Source: Octopus vulgaris (taxonomy: Eukaryota). From it: a stretch of 64,000 nucleotides of DNA. A program made the position numbers and the translations under genes. The DNA is taken from NCBI GenBank assembly GCA_951406725.2, contig OX597815.1, forward strand, positions 69,626,001-69,690,000, written 5' to 3'. Positions 11,216 through 26,510 of this stretch are shown piece by piece (the stretch's first letter is position 1; each line of letters starts with the position of its first letter). The notes under the pieces are model-generated. The model saw only the letters and a program-made list of their open reading frames with translations, was not told the DNA's origin and did no database searches.

Positions 11216-13498
11216 TGTGCGTATGTGTGTGCGCGCGTATATGAGAGAAGATAAACTTTTAATTAATTCAAATAGGGTATTAGTTACTGTTGAACACATT
11301 CAGACCGCACCACCACCACCACACATACACATACACGCCTTCACTCACACGTACGGCTATGGAAACAAAAAAGCAACGGAGACAAGTGATATATGAACAT
11401 ATACAATAATGATAAAATAATAAATACCAAGCAAAGCATGGAAGGTTTGTCATCTTTTTTTGTTGCATTAAAGATCAATAAAACTTCACATATCGTACAA
11501 TGGTTACAAAGATACTTCCTCCGAGTTTTGTGCCTCTTCACAGTTCCTTAGTTGTCTTAAGTCTTAAACTAAATATAGAAACATATGTAAACGATTCTGT
11601 TAAATGGCAACAATACGAATTGTTTCAAAAGCCATTGTTTGGAAATTATAATTAATAAATTGTTAACGGTTTTAATTTTTTCTCTGTGCAAGAATAAGTA
11701 ATGCACAGTCAAGTATATTATTTACTTTATCCCTTCTCTTCACAACTCTTGACTCTGGCCTGCCATTTCTGTTTCACTCCCGTTGGATCCTTTCTTTTTT
11801 CAGCTCTACTTCAGTTTTCGCGTTTCTTGTGGGTCCATGTGTTTCTCTGAGGGAAGGAATTCCTCCCCTAGGTCTTGGATTCCCGCTGTTTCAGCTCTAT
11901 TTCAGTTTTCAGGCATCCCCTCATCTGCCTCTCTTGTGGGTTCGTATGTTTCTGAGGGAAGGACTTCCTCTCCCAGATCTTGTTGCATTTGTGTTATTAT
12001 CGAAGCTTCTGTAGCTGCTTTTGTTTTGCCAGATAGGGATGTTGAGCTTATACAAATCCACAAGAAGTCGAATGAATCGACCCCCAGTACTTATTTTTGT
12101 TAAGCCTGGTACTTATTCTATCCAAGTCTTCTTGCCGAACCACTAAGTTACAGAGACACACAAACACCGGTTGTCAAGTGGTGTTGGGGGACAAACACCG
12201 GCACGAAGACACACAGACCCGATTTCACATCAAGAATCTTGTAAAACATATAGAATCGAAATATTTTAAGAATCAATCCTACTTTGTATTTATTTTTAAA
12301 AAATGGTTTTCAACAGTTCGTGATGCAAAAAGGAAACTAAATGTAATGTAAGGACTTTCAATTGTCTTATTTCTCGCATCGTCCAGTACTTCATTATCGC
12401 TTGTATTTTCTTTGGCATTGATACGAATTCCAATTCCTTCAGAGATATTGGTGACAGCTTTAACAAACAGCAATAAGTTTAAACATGACAACGAGAGTGG
12501 CGTGCTGTTTTGATAAGACTAAATATGACAGCTTGTTAACAAATTGCAGTAAAAGGGTTTGAGCCTGTGTATTTGCTGTGCACGGTAAGCATTCAGCTGC
12601 GTGGAGCAAGGCGCTGCCAGTTACTGATTTACTATCGATAAACTGCAAACAGCAATGATATTGAGAGATTCGTTCGGTGAGGTCCAATGTCTACTTAGGA
12701 TTATACGAACTTTTCTGACGTTGAAACGCTGTTTGGTTTCTGAAGCACATGGAAATCGACAAACTAATGAAACCAGAATTTCCCTCATGCACTATTCCAT
12801 CTATTCTGGAATTTGCCGGTTTGTTGCGTACTGATGGCCTGGTGGTATGACTATATTCTTAGGGTAAACATTGCCTGCTATCTTTTATTGTTTATCTTTT
12901 ACCTGTTTCAGTCAATAGACTGCGGCCGTACTTGGAAACCGTCTTGAAGAATTTTTGTTGTATCGCGGAGAGAGTTTTTATAATCGTTTTTATAGCTCCG
13001 GTTCTATTTCACTTTTTTCTTAATTTGCTAAACGGTTAACTATTTAATAAATTAAGTAACTGATTGTTTGATAAATTGTTCAGTCAATCAGTCAGTTGTT
13101 TAGGTTTGTCCAAGTTCTTTCATCGATGACATGTCCTCTGTACCCCTTGTGTGCTTCAGGTGTTAAAAGATCAATCAGTCTTCGAAAAAACAACCAGTTT
13201 AAAAAATGAAAAAAAATTAGGCTGGAGGTAGTTCTCTGTGACCAGGTAGTATACATATAAAAAAAATCACTCGAGCTTTCTGTTTTTAACCGAGTCAATG
13301 GCTGGAAAGTAATGGTTGACAAACGGTACACTGAGCAGAAACCAATTTCAAGGTTAAAAAACAGTTTGATGGAAGATAACAACGGAATACCTCTATTGCA
13401 CTATTTCTTTCTTTTGTCTTGTTTTTTGTTTTGTTGTTTTTGTCTTTGATCTATAGGTGTTATTTCGTATTTACTTCTATCTAGAAATCAAAGGAAAT

Positions 13499-13720
13499 GA
13501 CTACTATTCCCCTCAAACTTTGCTTTTGTGATCTGGACGTGAATGAAGTTTTTATAAGTTTCAAGAACTTTCGAGAAGTCTCCAAAAGTTTCAAAAATTT
13601 CTATGTTCTGGCAATATAGATGGCAGTGCAAATAGAGGGATCGTAACTGTTCAGTTTACTTCTAACTGCCCAAGTAGAGACAAGATTGAAGAAAGCAAAG
13701 TTTGAAGGAACTATTAGCCA
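13499..13720. mobile_element. MITE with ~28-bp imperfect terminal inverted repeats
   Basis: gactactattcccctcaaactttgcttt versus aaagcaaagtttgaaggaactattagcc. Confidence 0.6.
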
Positions 13721-14105
13721 TTTTTTATTATTTGTAGAGGTAAGCGAATTAGAAATAACAACTGCTACCCAATCACAAGAATCGTGTTACAAAGTGTTAT
13801 GTTGTGCTGATTTAAATCGTGACAAGACGTTCAAGTTGGGTGCGGTCTACCTGAGACTGGGACTGTTGTTCCTTGATATGGTGCTCAACAGATTTCTCTA
13901 CTTGGACTAGATTACAATTAGTAATAATATTCACAAGATACCAAACATTCAATTGAGATATTAGAATAAGAGCAGCGTTATTAATTGTTGAGAGTGCGAT
14001 GACCAAATGGCTTTATCTCTTGAACTCCAGACTCAGAAGATATCTGTTTCAGTCCAAATGACAGATGTGATGGGAGATGGAGAAAAGTAACAATAATAGG
14101 TGAAT

Positions 14106-14157
<52 letters not shown>

Positions 14158-14367
14158 CATACGCACACACACATATATATACATATATATACATACATAT
14201 ATGCATGCATTCATACTTACATACATATATATATACACATATATAAACACACACATATATACATACATACATAGATCCATCCATCCATCCATCCATCCAT
14301 CCATCCATCCATCCATACATACATACATACATACATACATACATACATACATACATACATACATACA

Positions 14368-14399
<32 letters not shown>

Positions 14400-14734
14400 C
14401 AGCTAATGGCGAACAGGGAGCAACAAGCATTTAACACCCAAGAGACCCGCCTACATTTATCTGAACTGGCAATCACTGATCAAGAAAGATACCTTACAAA
14501 TACTTTTAGAATAGTTTTAAATGAAAACGAAGATAAAAACAACTTACTGCAGGAGGTCATAGGTCACCATCTAACTTGTGAAGATGACAGAAATTAACTT
14601 TAAAGAAACAGGTTTGAGATAAGAATTTATCGCTCGAGATTTAATTAGGTTGAGGAATGAATGGGAACAAAAGATTAATACCTGTTTCCTGTACCGAAAA
14701 GAAACAAAAACTTTTGATACGTTGTGGTCTAAAG

Positions 14735-15039
14735 CAGGGGTTTCCAAGAACTGGACTGCGGACCAATATTGGGCCGCGAATCATTTGGTACCGGGACGCT
14801 CAGAAAAAGTAAATTTTAAAATTTTGCATCTATTTTATTGACTATCGCAGTCTGCAGAGTGCTTTTGCATTATTTATGTATTATACATGTCATTCGTATA
14901 TATTACATATAAATAATAATCAAATATATATCATACACTTTATTGTGTATTGTTATGCGCGTGGTTAATAGGTCCACGGAAAAAAAAAACTGTATAGTAT
15001 GAAACCGGTCTCTGATGCAAAAAAGATTGGAATCTGACG
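14735..15039. mobile_element. hAT/Charlie-type MITE (MER1-like ends)
   Basis: Left end caggggtttccaa...gcggacc; right end ...gtccacggaaaa...gaaaccggtctctgatgcaaaaaagattgga. Imperfect 8-bp TSD gtctaaag / gtcgaagg. Confidence 0.7.
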
Positions 15040-15340
15040 GTCGAAGGGGCTGCCATCCTGCGAGTTGTTACATCAAAAAGTGATTAGTCCTCTTATATGA
15101 AATAATTTGTCCAGTTTCAGGCAAAAACGCGTCAAAGATTTAAGGAGAAAAGGATCAGTCGATTACGTCAATCCCAGAATTTGACTGGTATTTCTTTTTA
15201 TCGACGCCGAAGAGAGGTAAGTCGAAGTTGACCTTGGCGGAATTTTAAAGAGGCGAAAGAAATGTTGCTAAGCATTTTGTCAGATGCGTTAATGATTCAG
15301 CGAGCTTGCCGTCTTACCAACAACAACAACAACAACAACA

Positions 15341-15402
<62 letters not shown>

Positions 15403-15412
15403 CAATAATAAC

Positions 15413-15459
<47 letters not shown>

Positions 15460-15681
15460 GGGTTTCAAATTTTGGTGCAGAGCTAGCAATTTTTGATGGG
15501 AAGGGTTTAGTCAATTACATCTGCTCCAGTGCTCAACTAGTACTTATTTTATCGACCCCCGAAATGATGAAAGGCAAAGTTTACCTCGGCGGCATTTGAA
15601 ATCCGACTGTAAAGACGGACGAAATACTGCTGGACATTTTCTCAGGCGTGCAATCGATTATGCAGGCTCATACTACTACTG

Positions 15682-15819
<138 letters not shown>

Positions 15820-15831
15820 GTAATAATAATA

Positions 15832-16290
15832 TTGACCAGATTTCAGGGAAACCAACAATCTTCAAAAATTGAGCTGATATCAACTGAAAAAGAGGGGACA
15901 TATTCATAGCATATAATGGTTAAAAAAGGGGGAAGGGGTGGCGGAGAGGATGATAGAAATGTAGCCCTACTCATACAGGAAGACCTCTAGGGATAATCGA
16001 GGAACCCCACTGTCCGAGATTTCACTGAAACCCCAAAAGTAACAGCTTTCTCTAATTCTTCCTCTCCGAGTTCCAGGTCTACACTGAGAGAGGTGCCATC
16101 TGCTCTTGTCATTTTCGTAGCTGCCACCAACCTTTCAATAAACTCACTCGAGGACAGCACTTCCCTCTCCACTCTCAATTTCCTTTCCAAGTGAAACTTG
16201 AAGAAGTGAATGAGAGCTCTACTAAGGAGGAATGCATCTACTCCCATGCCTTTCAGCCTTGTCCTCCAAACAACCTCTCTCGCCACAGCC
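15832..16290 (-). mobile_element. 3' end of an L1/Tx1-like LINE (ORF2 C-terminus plus 3' UTR)
   Basis: AVAREVVWRTRLKG...LIHFFKFHLERKLRVEREVLS resembles Tx1-like ORF2 C-termini (from recall); embedded between TAA arrays. Confidence 0.55.
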
Positions 16291-16314
16291 AATAACAACA
16301 AAAATAATAATTAT

Positions 16315-16389
<75 letters not shown>

Positions 16390-17430
16390 CCTTCTACATT
16401 AAATCTTTCTGCTAATGCAGAAGGATATAATAAAAATGGACTTGAGAGTGTTCATGAATTCCAATCAAGAACAGCCAACGAGAAAGAAGAAACCATATTC
16501 CGCATCGAATTACATGGTCAGTTTTACCATGAAACCAACAAATTAAAAGACCAGGAAGCATCATGGAGGTGGCTTAACAAGGGTGATCTAAAAAAGAATA
16601 CTGAAAGCCTAATAATCGCTGCCCAGGACCAGGTATTGAATACCAACTCAGTGAAAAAGAATATATACCACACAAGTGCTACGGACCTCTGCAGGATATG
16701 TTGGAAGAGGGTCGAAAGCGTAACTCACGTTGTTAGTGCTTGTGAAAGTCTTGCGCAGAAAGAGTACAAGTGTAGACACGACAAGGAAGCCTAAAACTTC
16801 CACTGGCTTCTATACCGTAAGTATGGATAGGAGGTTACGAGTACTTGGTACCAGTATACACCGGAAAAGGTAAAGGACGAAAAGAAGAAGGCAAAAATCC
16901 TCTGGGACTTTGACTTCCAGACAGACAAGGTATTAGAGCACCGAAGGCCGGATATAGTAACCTTTAGGAGGAACAAACAAAAGTGCCTAATAATTTACGT
17001 GGCAGTACCAGGAAATCAACACATCATCATGAAGGAAAGAGAAAAAGTTGATAAATATGGAGACCTGAGAATTGATATCGCTAAGATGTGGCAGCATAAT
17101 GCGAATACAAAAGATACCATGACAATGTGGAAAGAATGACCCACTGGGATCATTCCAGTAGTTGTAAGAGTACACGGCGCACAAATAACCAAGTTCGAGA
17201 AATATGTCAGAGAAATCGGAATTGACATGAGAGCTGAACAAGCTCCAAAAACTGCTCTGCTGGGGACAGCTAAGATTTTAAGATTGGATGCTCCCACGAT
17301 AATTATTAAACAAGTATCAAAGCTTATAATGTGCGGAAAGAGACCCTGTGAAACCTCTGACAGCAGGCTGTTGTCCTCTTTCACAGAATCTACCAGAGCA
17401 AACAAGACTGAGCGCTCTGAGAAGTAAAAC
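16390..17430 (+). mobile_element. 5'-truncated Dong/R4 copy (different subfamily) with stops
   Basis: HGQF...SWRWLNKGDLKKNTESLIIAAQDQ...CRICWKRVESVTHVVSAC...RHD, then ILWDFDFQTDKVLEHRRPDIV. Flanked by (TAA)n and (CAA/TAA)n. Confidence 0.9.
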
Positions 17431-18675
17431 AACAACAACAACAACAGCAACAAAAATAATAATAATAATGATGCCAGCAATTTTAGAGCGGGGTATGGTG
17501 GAAGACATCGACCCCAGCACTTGACTGGTACTTTATTTCATTGACACTGGAAGGATGGTGGCAATTAACCCATTGTGTTCTAAATTGCTAGCCTTGTGCC
17601 TAAATTAAAAACGGTGGGAGATTAGCAGAATGATTAATTCATACCCCCGGGGTCGACAAAATAAACATCAATCAAGTACAGCGGATGATGCAATTAGCTA
17701 AACCCCTCCTTTCAAAATTACTAACGTTGTATCTAAATCAGGAACCATTATCAATGTTGAAAACAATTACAAATTATTCTATTAGGTATAGGTATGGGTA
17801 TTTGGTTAAGAAGTTCGTTTCACAGCCATGTGGTTTCAGGTTCAATTCCATTGTGAGGCACCTTGGTCAAGTGACTTCTACTATGGCTCTGAAACTTCCA
17901 CAACGCCGTCGTACGTACATACAGTCACAGAAACACAGACATGTGTATGTGTGTATGTATGTATGTATGAACGTATGTATACATGAGTGAGTATATGTTC
18001 ATACACACACATACACACACATATATAATATGCTTGTATGTATTCACACAGATGCACACATATATTACATTATATAATTATAATGCAGTCCGCTAGTATA
18101 CAACCATATATTCCTCTTCATGTAGGTATGAACGGAAAATTTCGTTTTTGCAGTTACAAAAGTCAGGAAGTATCACATGCGATTTGTAGGAATTGTGAAG
18201 AAACCCGAACGAGGAAATCATCCGACGGGTTTCTGTCTAAGCGTGCTTTTTAACCATACAACCAGACCTGCACTTATAAATGAAATGAAATAATATAAAT
18301 ACCAGTGATATACTTGGGTCGATAAATCATTGTTCCTTTATACACACAATATTTTCACTGTATCTGCCTTAGAAATAAATTATGATTTTTCCTGAATTTA
18401 TAATATATCATAATTAATTAATTTAATTATATAATATGATATAATATATTCATGATTTATGGTTTATTATTATCACTAGCGTTTTATTTTATTTTTTGTG
18501 TTTTTAAGAGTTATTATTTTTAATTATAGAATATTAATTTGTTTACTTGTTTTATTTTTTTATATTTCTTATGTATTGTTGATCGGTATTCATTTGTTAT
18601 TCCTTATTGCTATCATTTTCTGTTGTTGTTACTGTTATTGTTATCATTATTATTATTGTTGCTGTTGTTGTTGTT

Positions 18676-18708
<33 letters not shown>

Positions 18709-18714
18709 CTTCTT

Positions 18715-18823
<109 letters not shown>

Positions 18824-18974
18824 TGTTCATGTTATTATTGTTGTTATTTTTGTTATTATTACTATCATTTTTATTACTATTAATATCATTACTATTATTA
18901 TTATGTTTTCGATGCTGTTGTTATTCATATTATCGTTATGTTATTATTGTCATTATTATCATTAATATTATTAG

Positions 18975-19007
<33 letters not shown>

Positions 19008-19069
19008 GTACAGTAATCGACTTCCCCATCCCCTCAAAATTCCTGGCCTTTTGCCAAAAATTATAATGA

Positions 19070-19137
<68 letters not shown>

Positions 19138-19963
19138 CATCATCATTACTATTGCTACTGTTGTTGTTGTTCTTCTCCTCCTCCTCCTCCTCCTCCTCAT
19201 CCTCATCATCATCATCATCATCATCACCACCACCACCACCATCATGTTCATCATCATTGGCAGTAGTAGCAGTTATCAATTATTGTTAAATTACAAAATT
19301 GGGCACCAGAACGTTTTTTTTTTATAAAATTCATTTAAATATTCGTTTAATTAATTTTCGGAGTTCAGCATGACCTGTAGAGCCTTTGGAGTGTACACAA
19401 AACGCTCATTATTTATGCAAATCAACCATACACATACACACACACGCACACATTCACGCACATACACACATACACGCAAGTATCTACTCACTGTCTAACG
19501 CCTCATAAACAAGCATCAAACGAGAAGCCTAGAAGTTTCTGTCAGATTTTGCTCAAATCACACCGTACCGTTCTTTAAAAGGAGGAAGGACGCATTAGAT
19601 GATGTAATCATAGATATCTTTAAACCGTCAGCACTGTCACGGCCGGAATGCCGTAGATCATAGTTCTGCTCGAATAGTGCTAACCTGGAACAAAACAACA
19701 ACAACAATAATGGCAGCAGCAGCTGCGGCAACTACAGCAATAGCAGCAAGAACAGCAAGAGCGGCAACAACATCATCATCAACAACAACAACAATGGCAA
19801 TAAAACAGCAACACAACGTCGACAAGAACAACAACTCTGTATGTATAGATGTGCCCTTATTTCGGTTGTTCTTCGAAAATCTTTATGAATTGCTTTCTAT
19901 ATCTCATTTGTAACGGTGCATACAGGTGATTTCCGATGATGTGTGACAGAAGAGTACCAGTGG

Positions 19964-20014
<51 letters not shown>

Positions 20015-20039
20015 ATAATAGAGTTTATTATAAGTAAAT

Positions 20040-20085
<46 letters not shown>

Positions 20086-20381
20086 TTGACTTATATTTTG
20101 ACTGGGCCATGCTGGAGCACCGCCTTTAGTCGAAAATAGACCACTTATTCTTTGTAAGAACTTATTCTATCGGTCTCTTTGCCGAAAGATAAACACACCA
20201 GCATCGGTTGTCAAGCAATGCTAGGGGGCCAAACACAGACACACATACACATACGATATATATATACATATATACGTAGTGGTTATTTATAATTGTTAAA
20301 TTTCTAAATCTTATATAAATTAATTTATGTATTGGCTTAAGTCTTTATTTGTTTGATTTATATAATATGGTTTATCTCTAA

Positions 20382-20434
<53 letters not shown>

Positions 20435-20690
20435 CATTTCGGGAGCAACTGTTTTGACGAAAGCACATCTTGTCATAAATGCTCGAAATGTGGAGTAGAT
20501 AAAACAGCCGACAACTGATTAAGCGTCGTTCTTTATGTTGCTTGTCTTGTTTTCCATTTGTTTCTTTCGTTGTTCGCCAAAAAAGTTCGTATACCATGTT
20601 TTCGTATTTCGAATTTCATGTTGATTACGTTCTATGACGTCCTGTACCCATGTATGTGTATATAGATAAATATGTATGTATACATGCATA

Positions 20691-23205
<2,515 letters not shown>

Positions 23206-23416
23206 TATATATATTTAAGGCAAATAAGAAAACGGAGAGGATAATCAATCGACAAACATTAGCCTGTAATCATTCATTTATATATATTTATTCATTGATT
23301 AAAATCATATGTATAAATAATCAAAATAAACAAATGAAATAAGCAAATAAACATCCCTTAGATGGTTGCTTAACCTCTAACTCATACAGACATATATATA
23401 TATATATATATATATA

Positions 23417-23603
23417 TGCGTAGGCGTGGGTGTGTGGTGAGAAACTTGCTTCCCAACCACATGGTTCCGGGTTCAGTCCCATTGCATGGCCCCTTGGGCA
23501 AATGTCTGCTACTATAGCCTTGGGACGACCAAAGCCTTGTGAGTGGATTTGGTACAGGGAAACTAAAAGAAGTCCTCGTATATATATATATATGTGTGTG
23601 TGT

Positions 23604-23686
<83 letters not shown>

Positions 23687-23872
23687 TGTTTGTTCCCCCT
23701 ACCATCGCTTGTTGCTGTGTTTACGTTCCCATAGATTAGCGCTTCGCTAAAGAGACCGATAGAATAAGTACTAGGCTTACAAAGAATAAGTCCTGAGGTT
23801 TATTTGTTCGACTAAAAAGGTGGTGCTCCAACATGGCTGTAGTCAAATGACTGAAACAACCAAAAGAGTAAA
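23417..23872 (+). mobile_element. SINE family B, full-length, with internal (TA)n(TG)n microsatellite
   Basis: Head gtgtggtgagaaacttgcttcccaaccacatggttccgggttcagtccc, tail ...catggctgtagtcaaatgactgaaacaa. Further copies at ~3738-3980(-), 7030-7215, 12060-12220(-), 20095-20250(-), 24995-25130, 34125-34630(-), 44860-45290, 58040-58175. Confidence 0.85.
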
Positions 23873-24383
23873 AGTATATGGCATATATACGCGTATGCAA
23901 AAACATGCACACACACATACAGACATATGCAGAAACATCCACTCATATAAATGCGCACATAAATGCATATACAAACACACATACACACTAATGCTCAGAC
24001 ATGTGCAGACCCATATATATACGTACACATACACACGCATGTACACCACATAATCACACATGAGCAAAACATTCATTTACACGTAAGCAAGCACACATAG
24101 TCGCATATGCGCACGCAAACATATACATACAGATACTCAAATATATAAACATACATACACAGATATACAAACACACATACGTGCGAATGCGCGCGTATCA
24201 CATACACATGCAAACACACACACACACACACATTGATGATAGTACTGAAGAAAAATGTGAAAATAAAATCAACCACTCGAAACGAATTCCATCTGGAAAG
24301 GTTAGACTAAAAGCAGGCTGTGCAACTAGGCGAAAAAAAAATGATTATATAATATACATACATACATATAATACATACATACA

Positions 24384-24417
<34 letters not shown>

Positions 24418-24467
24418 CATACATACATACATACATACATACATACATACATACATACATACATACA

Positions 24468-24501
<34 letters not shown>

Positions 24502-24517
24502 CATATATATATATATC

Positions 24518-24567
<50 letters not shown>

Positions 24568-24665
24568 GTTAATCGAAACATGAGCAAGCAAGAAAAAACA
24601 ACAACAGAGGACGTGGAATGAGTATAGTGTTATTAGACACTCAGGAAAGGAAAGAAAAGAAAGAG

Positions 24666-24702
24666 GATTCCACGTTTCGAGCGGAGCTCTTCGTCAGAAA
24701 TA
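24666..24702 (-). ncRNA. Minimal hammerhead motif in a pLTR fragment related to 9290-9420; cleavage triplet is GUG (non-permissive)
   Basis: Minus strand: attt-CTGACGA-a-gagc-tcc-gctc-GAAA-cg-TG-gaat. Confidence 0.65.
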
Positions 24703-24717
24703 TAGAAAAAGTCCAAA

Positions 24718-24755
<38 letters not shown>

Positions 24756-25625
24756 TTAGTTCTTCACATATGGCGTCGAGTTGAATGTTAAATGTTAAGC
24801 ATGTCATGGTAGGCAAGAGAATCGATGAGACCAGATACAAGAAGTAGGAATTAAGAATAAGAATAAGGTAAAGTGGTCTCATCTGACAACTGAATAACGT
24901 CTCAGTGCGACGAGCAAATAGAAACCAGCCTGTCATTTCTTTTTTCTACATAAACACAATCATGTATGTATAAATGGATAGATGGCTGCTGGATGGATGC
25001 AACCACATTGTTTCAGGTTCAGCCCCACTACACTGTACCTCGAGCGAATGTCTTCTACTATAGCTCGGGCCGATCAATATTTTGTGAGTGAACTTAGTGG
25101 ACGGAAACTGTGGGGACGCCTGTCGTATGCATATGTACAAACATACACACATGCATACACACATGCATACATACACACATACGTACATACAGAATTGTTA
25201 GCACGCTGGACGAAATGCTGAGTGGTATTTCGTTTGTCACTACGTTCTGAATTGAAATTCCACCGAGGGTGACTTTTGTCTTTCATCCTTTCGTAGTCGA
25301 TAAATTAAGTGCCAGTGAAACACTTGGGTAATGTAGTCGACTCCTCCCAAGTTTCAGGCCATGTCCCCTCCTCCCAAGTTTCAGACCTTGTGCACTTTGT
25401 AGAACGAATTATTATTGTAAGACGGTGAGCTGGCAGAATCGTCAACGCGCTGGACGAAATGCCTAACGGTTTTTTTTTTGCCCGTTGCGAAGTTCTAAGT
25501 TCAAATTCCGTCGAGGTCGACATTACCTTTTATCCTTTCAGCGTCGATAAAATAAGTACCAGTTGAATCGACTCATCCAATCCCCCAAAATTGTTGCCCT
25601 TGTGGCAAAATTTGAAACCATTATT

Positions 25626-26332
25626 TTCTTCCCCTTCTTTCTTCAAATTTTCTTCCATTTCTTGCCGAGTGTTTTCTGTACACCTAGGGCATTGTATGCA
25701 TTCCCAGATTACACATGCAAATTCACAGGTAAAATATGTATTTAAAAAAATTAATAAATAAATAAATTCATGAATGGATGTTGTTTTCACAGCGATAATG
25801 CTCTTCTCACTACACGAGTCGTTCCAGTTAACACGATCTTTTGCACTTCCTGTAGGGATGGTAAGCCTGGTATCATTTTCAAATAGGTTTCAGTACCTTT
25901 TTTTTATCATTCCTAGAGATCCTACAATCACTGGCTCCGTAGTCGCCTTGAGAGGCCACATTTTTTCAGTTTCTATTAGCAAGTCTTTATATTTACTAAT
26001 CTTGTCAAATTCTTTCGCCGCTATATTGGGATCGCAAGGAATACTCATGCCAATAAATAAACACACCTTTTTTTCTGATCTTTTATAATAATATCTGGTT
26101 TATTAGATTTTATAGTTTTGTCGGTATGTACGGGGAAGACCCAGAGAATCAACACATTTTCTCCCTCAGTTAGCTTCAGGATGGTGTTTATACCATTTGT
26201 CAGCGGTTTTGATTTAATAATGCCGACATATTGTCCAGTGTAAATACTGGCCGACTCTGTCATGTCTTGCTTTATATTCTACAAGTGCTAAGACTCCACA
26301 AACCTGAGATTAGGTGGTCTATAGCTTTAATT
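25626..26332 (-). mobile_element. 5'-truncated, decayed Dong/R4 copy tandem to the full-length element
   Basis: Residual DHLISG, TEGENVLILWVFPVHTDKTIKSNKPDIIIKDQ. Its 3' UTR motif (plus strand ttccatttcttgccgagtgt...cctagggca) is shared with 26535-26573. Confidence 0.9.
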
Positions 26333-26396
<64 letters not shown>

Positions 26397-26409
26397 CATC
26401 ATCATCATC

Positions 26410-26510
<101 letters not shown>

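Noticed and set aside
11780-11990. CRISPR-like or functional repeat array
   Set aside because: Only two diverged ~90-100-bp units, probably inside a retroelement remnant; eukaryotic context with no repeat-spacer structure or cas genes.
12279-12687. Host exon or RT gene
   Set aside because: Only a faint resemblance to an RTE-type RT segment (QAQTLL...GIRINAK); too degraded to call.
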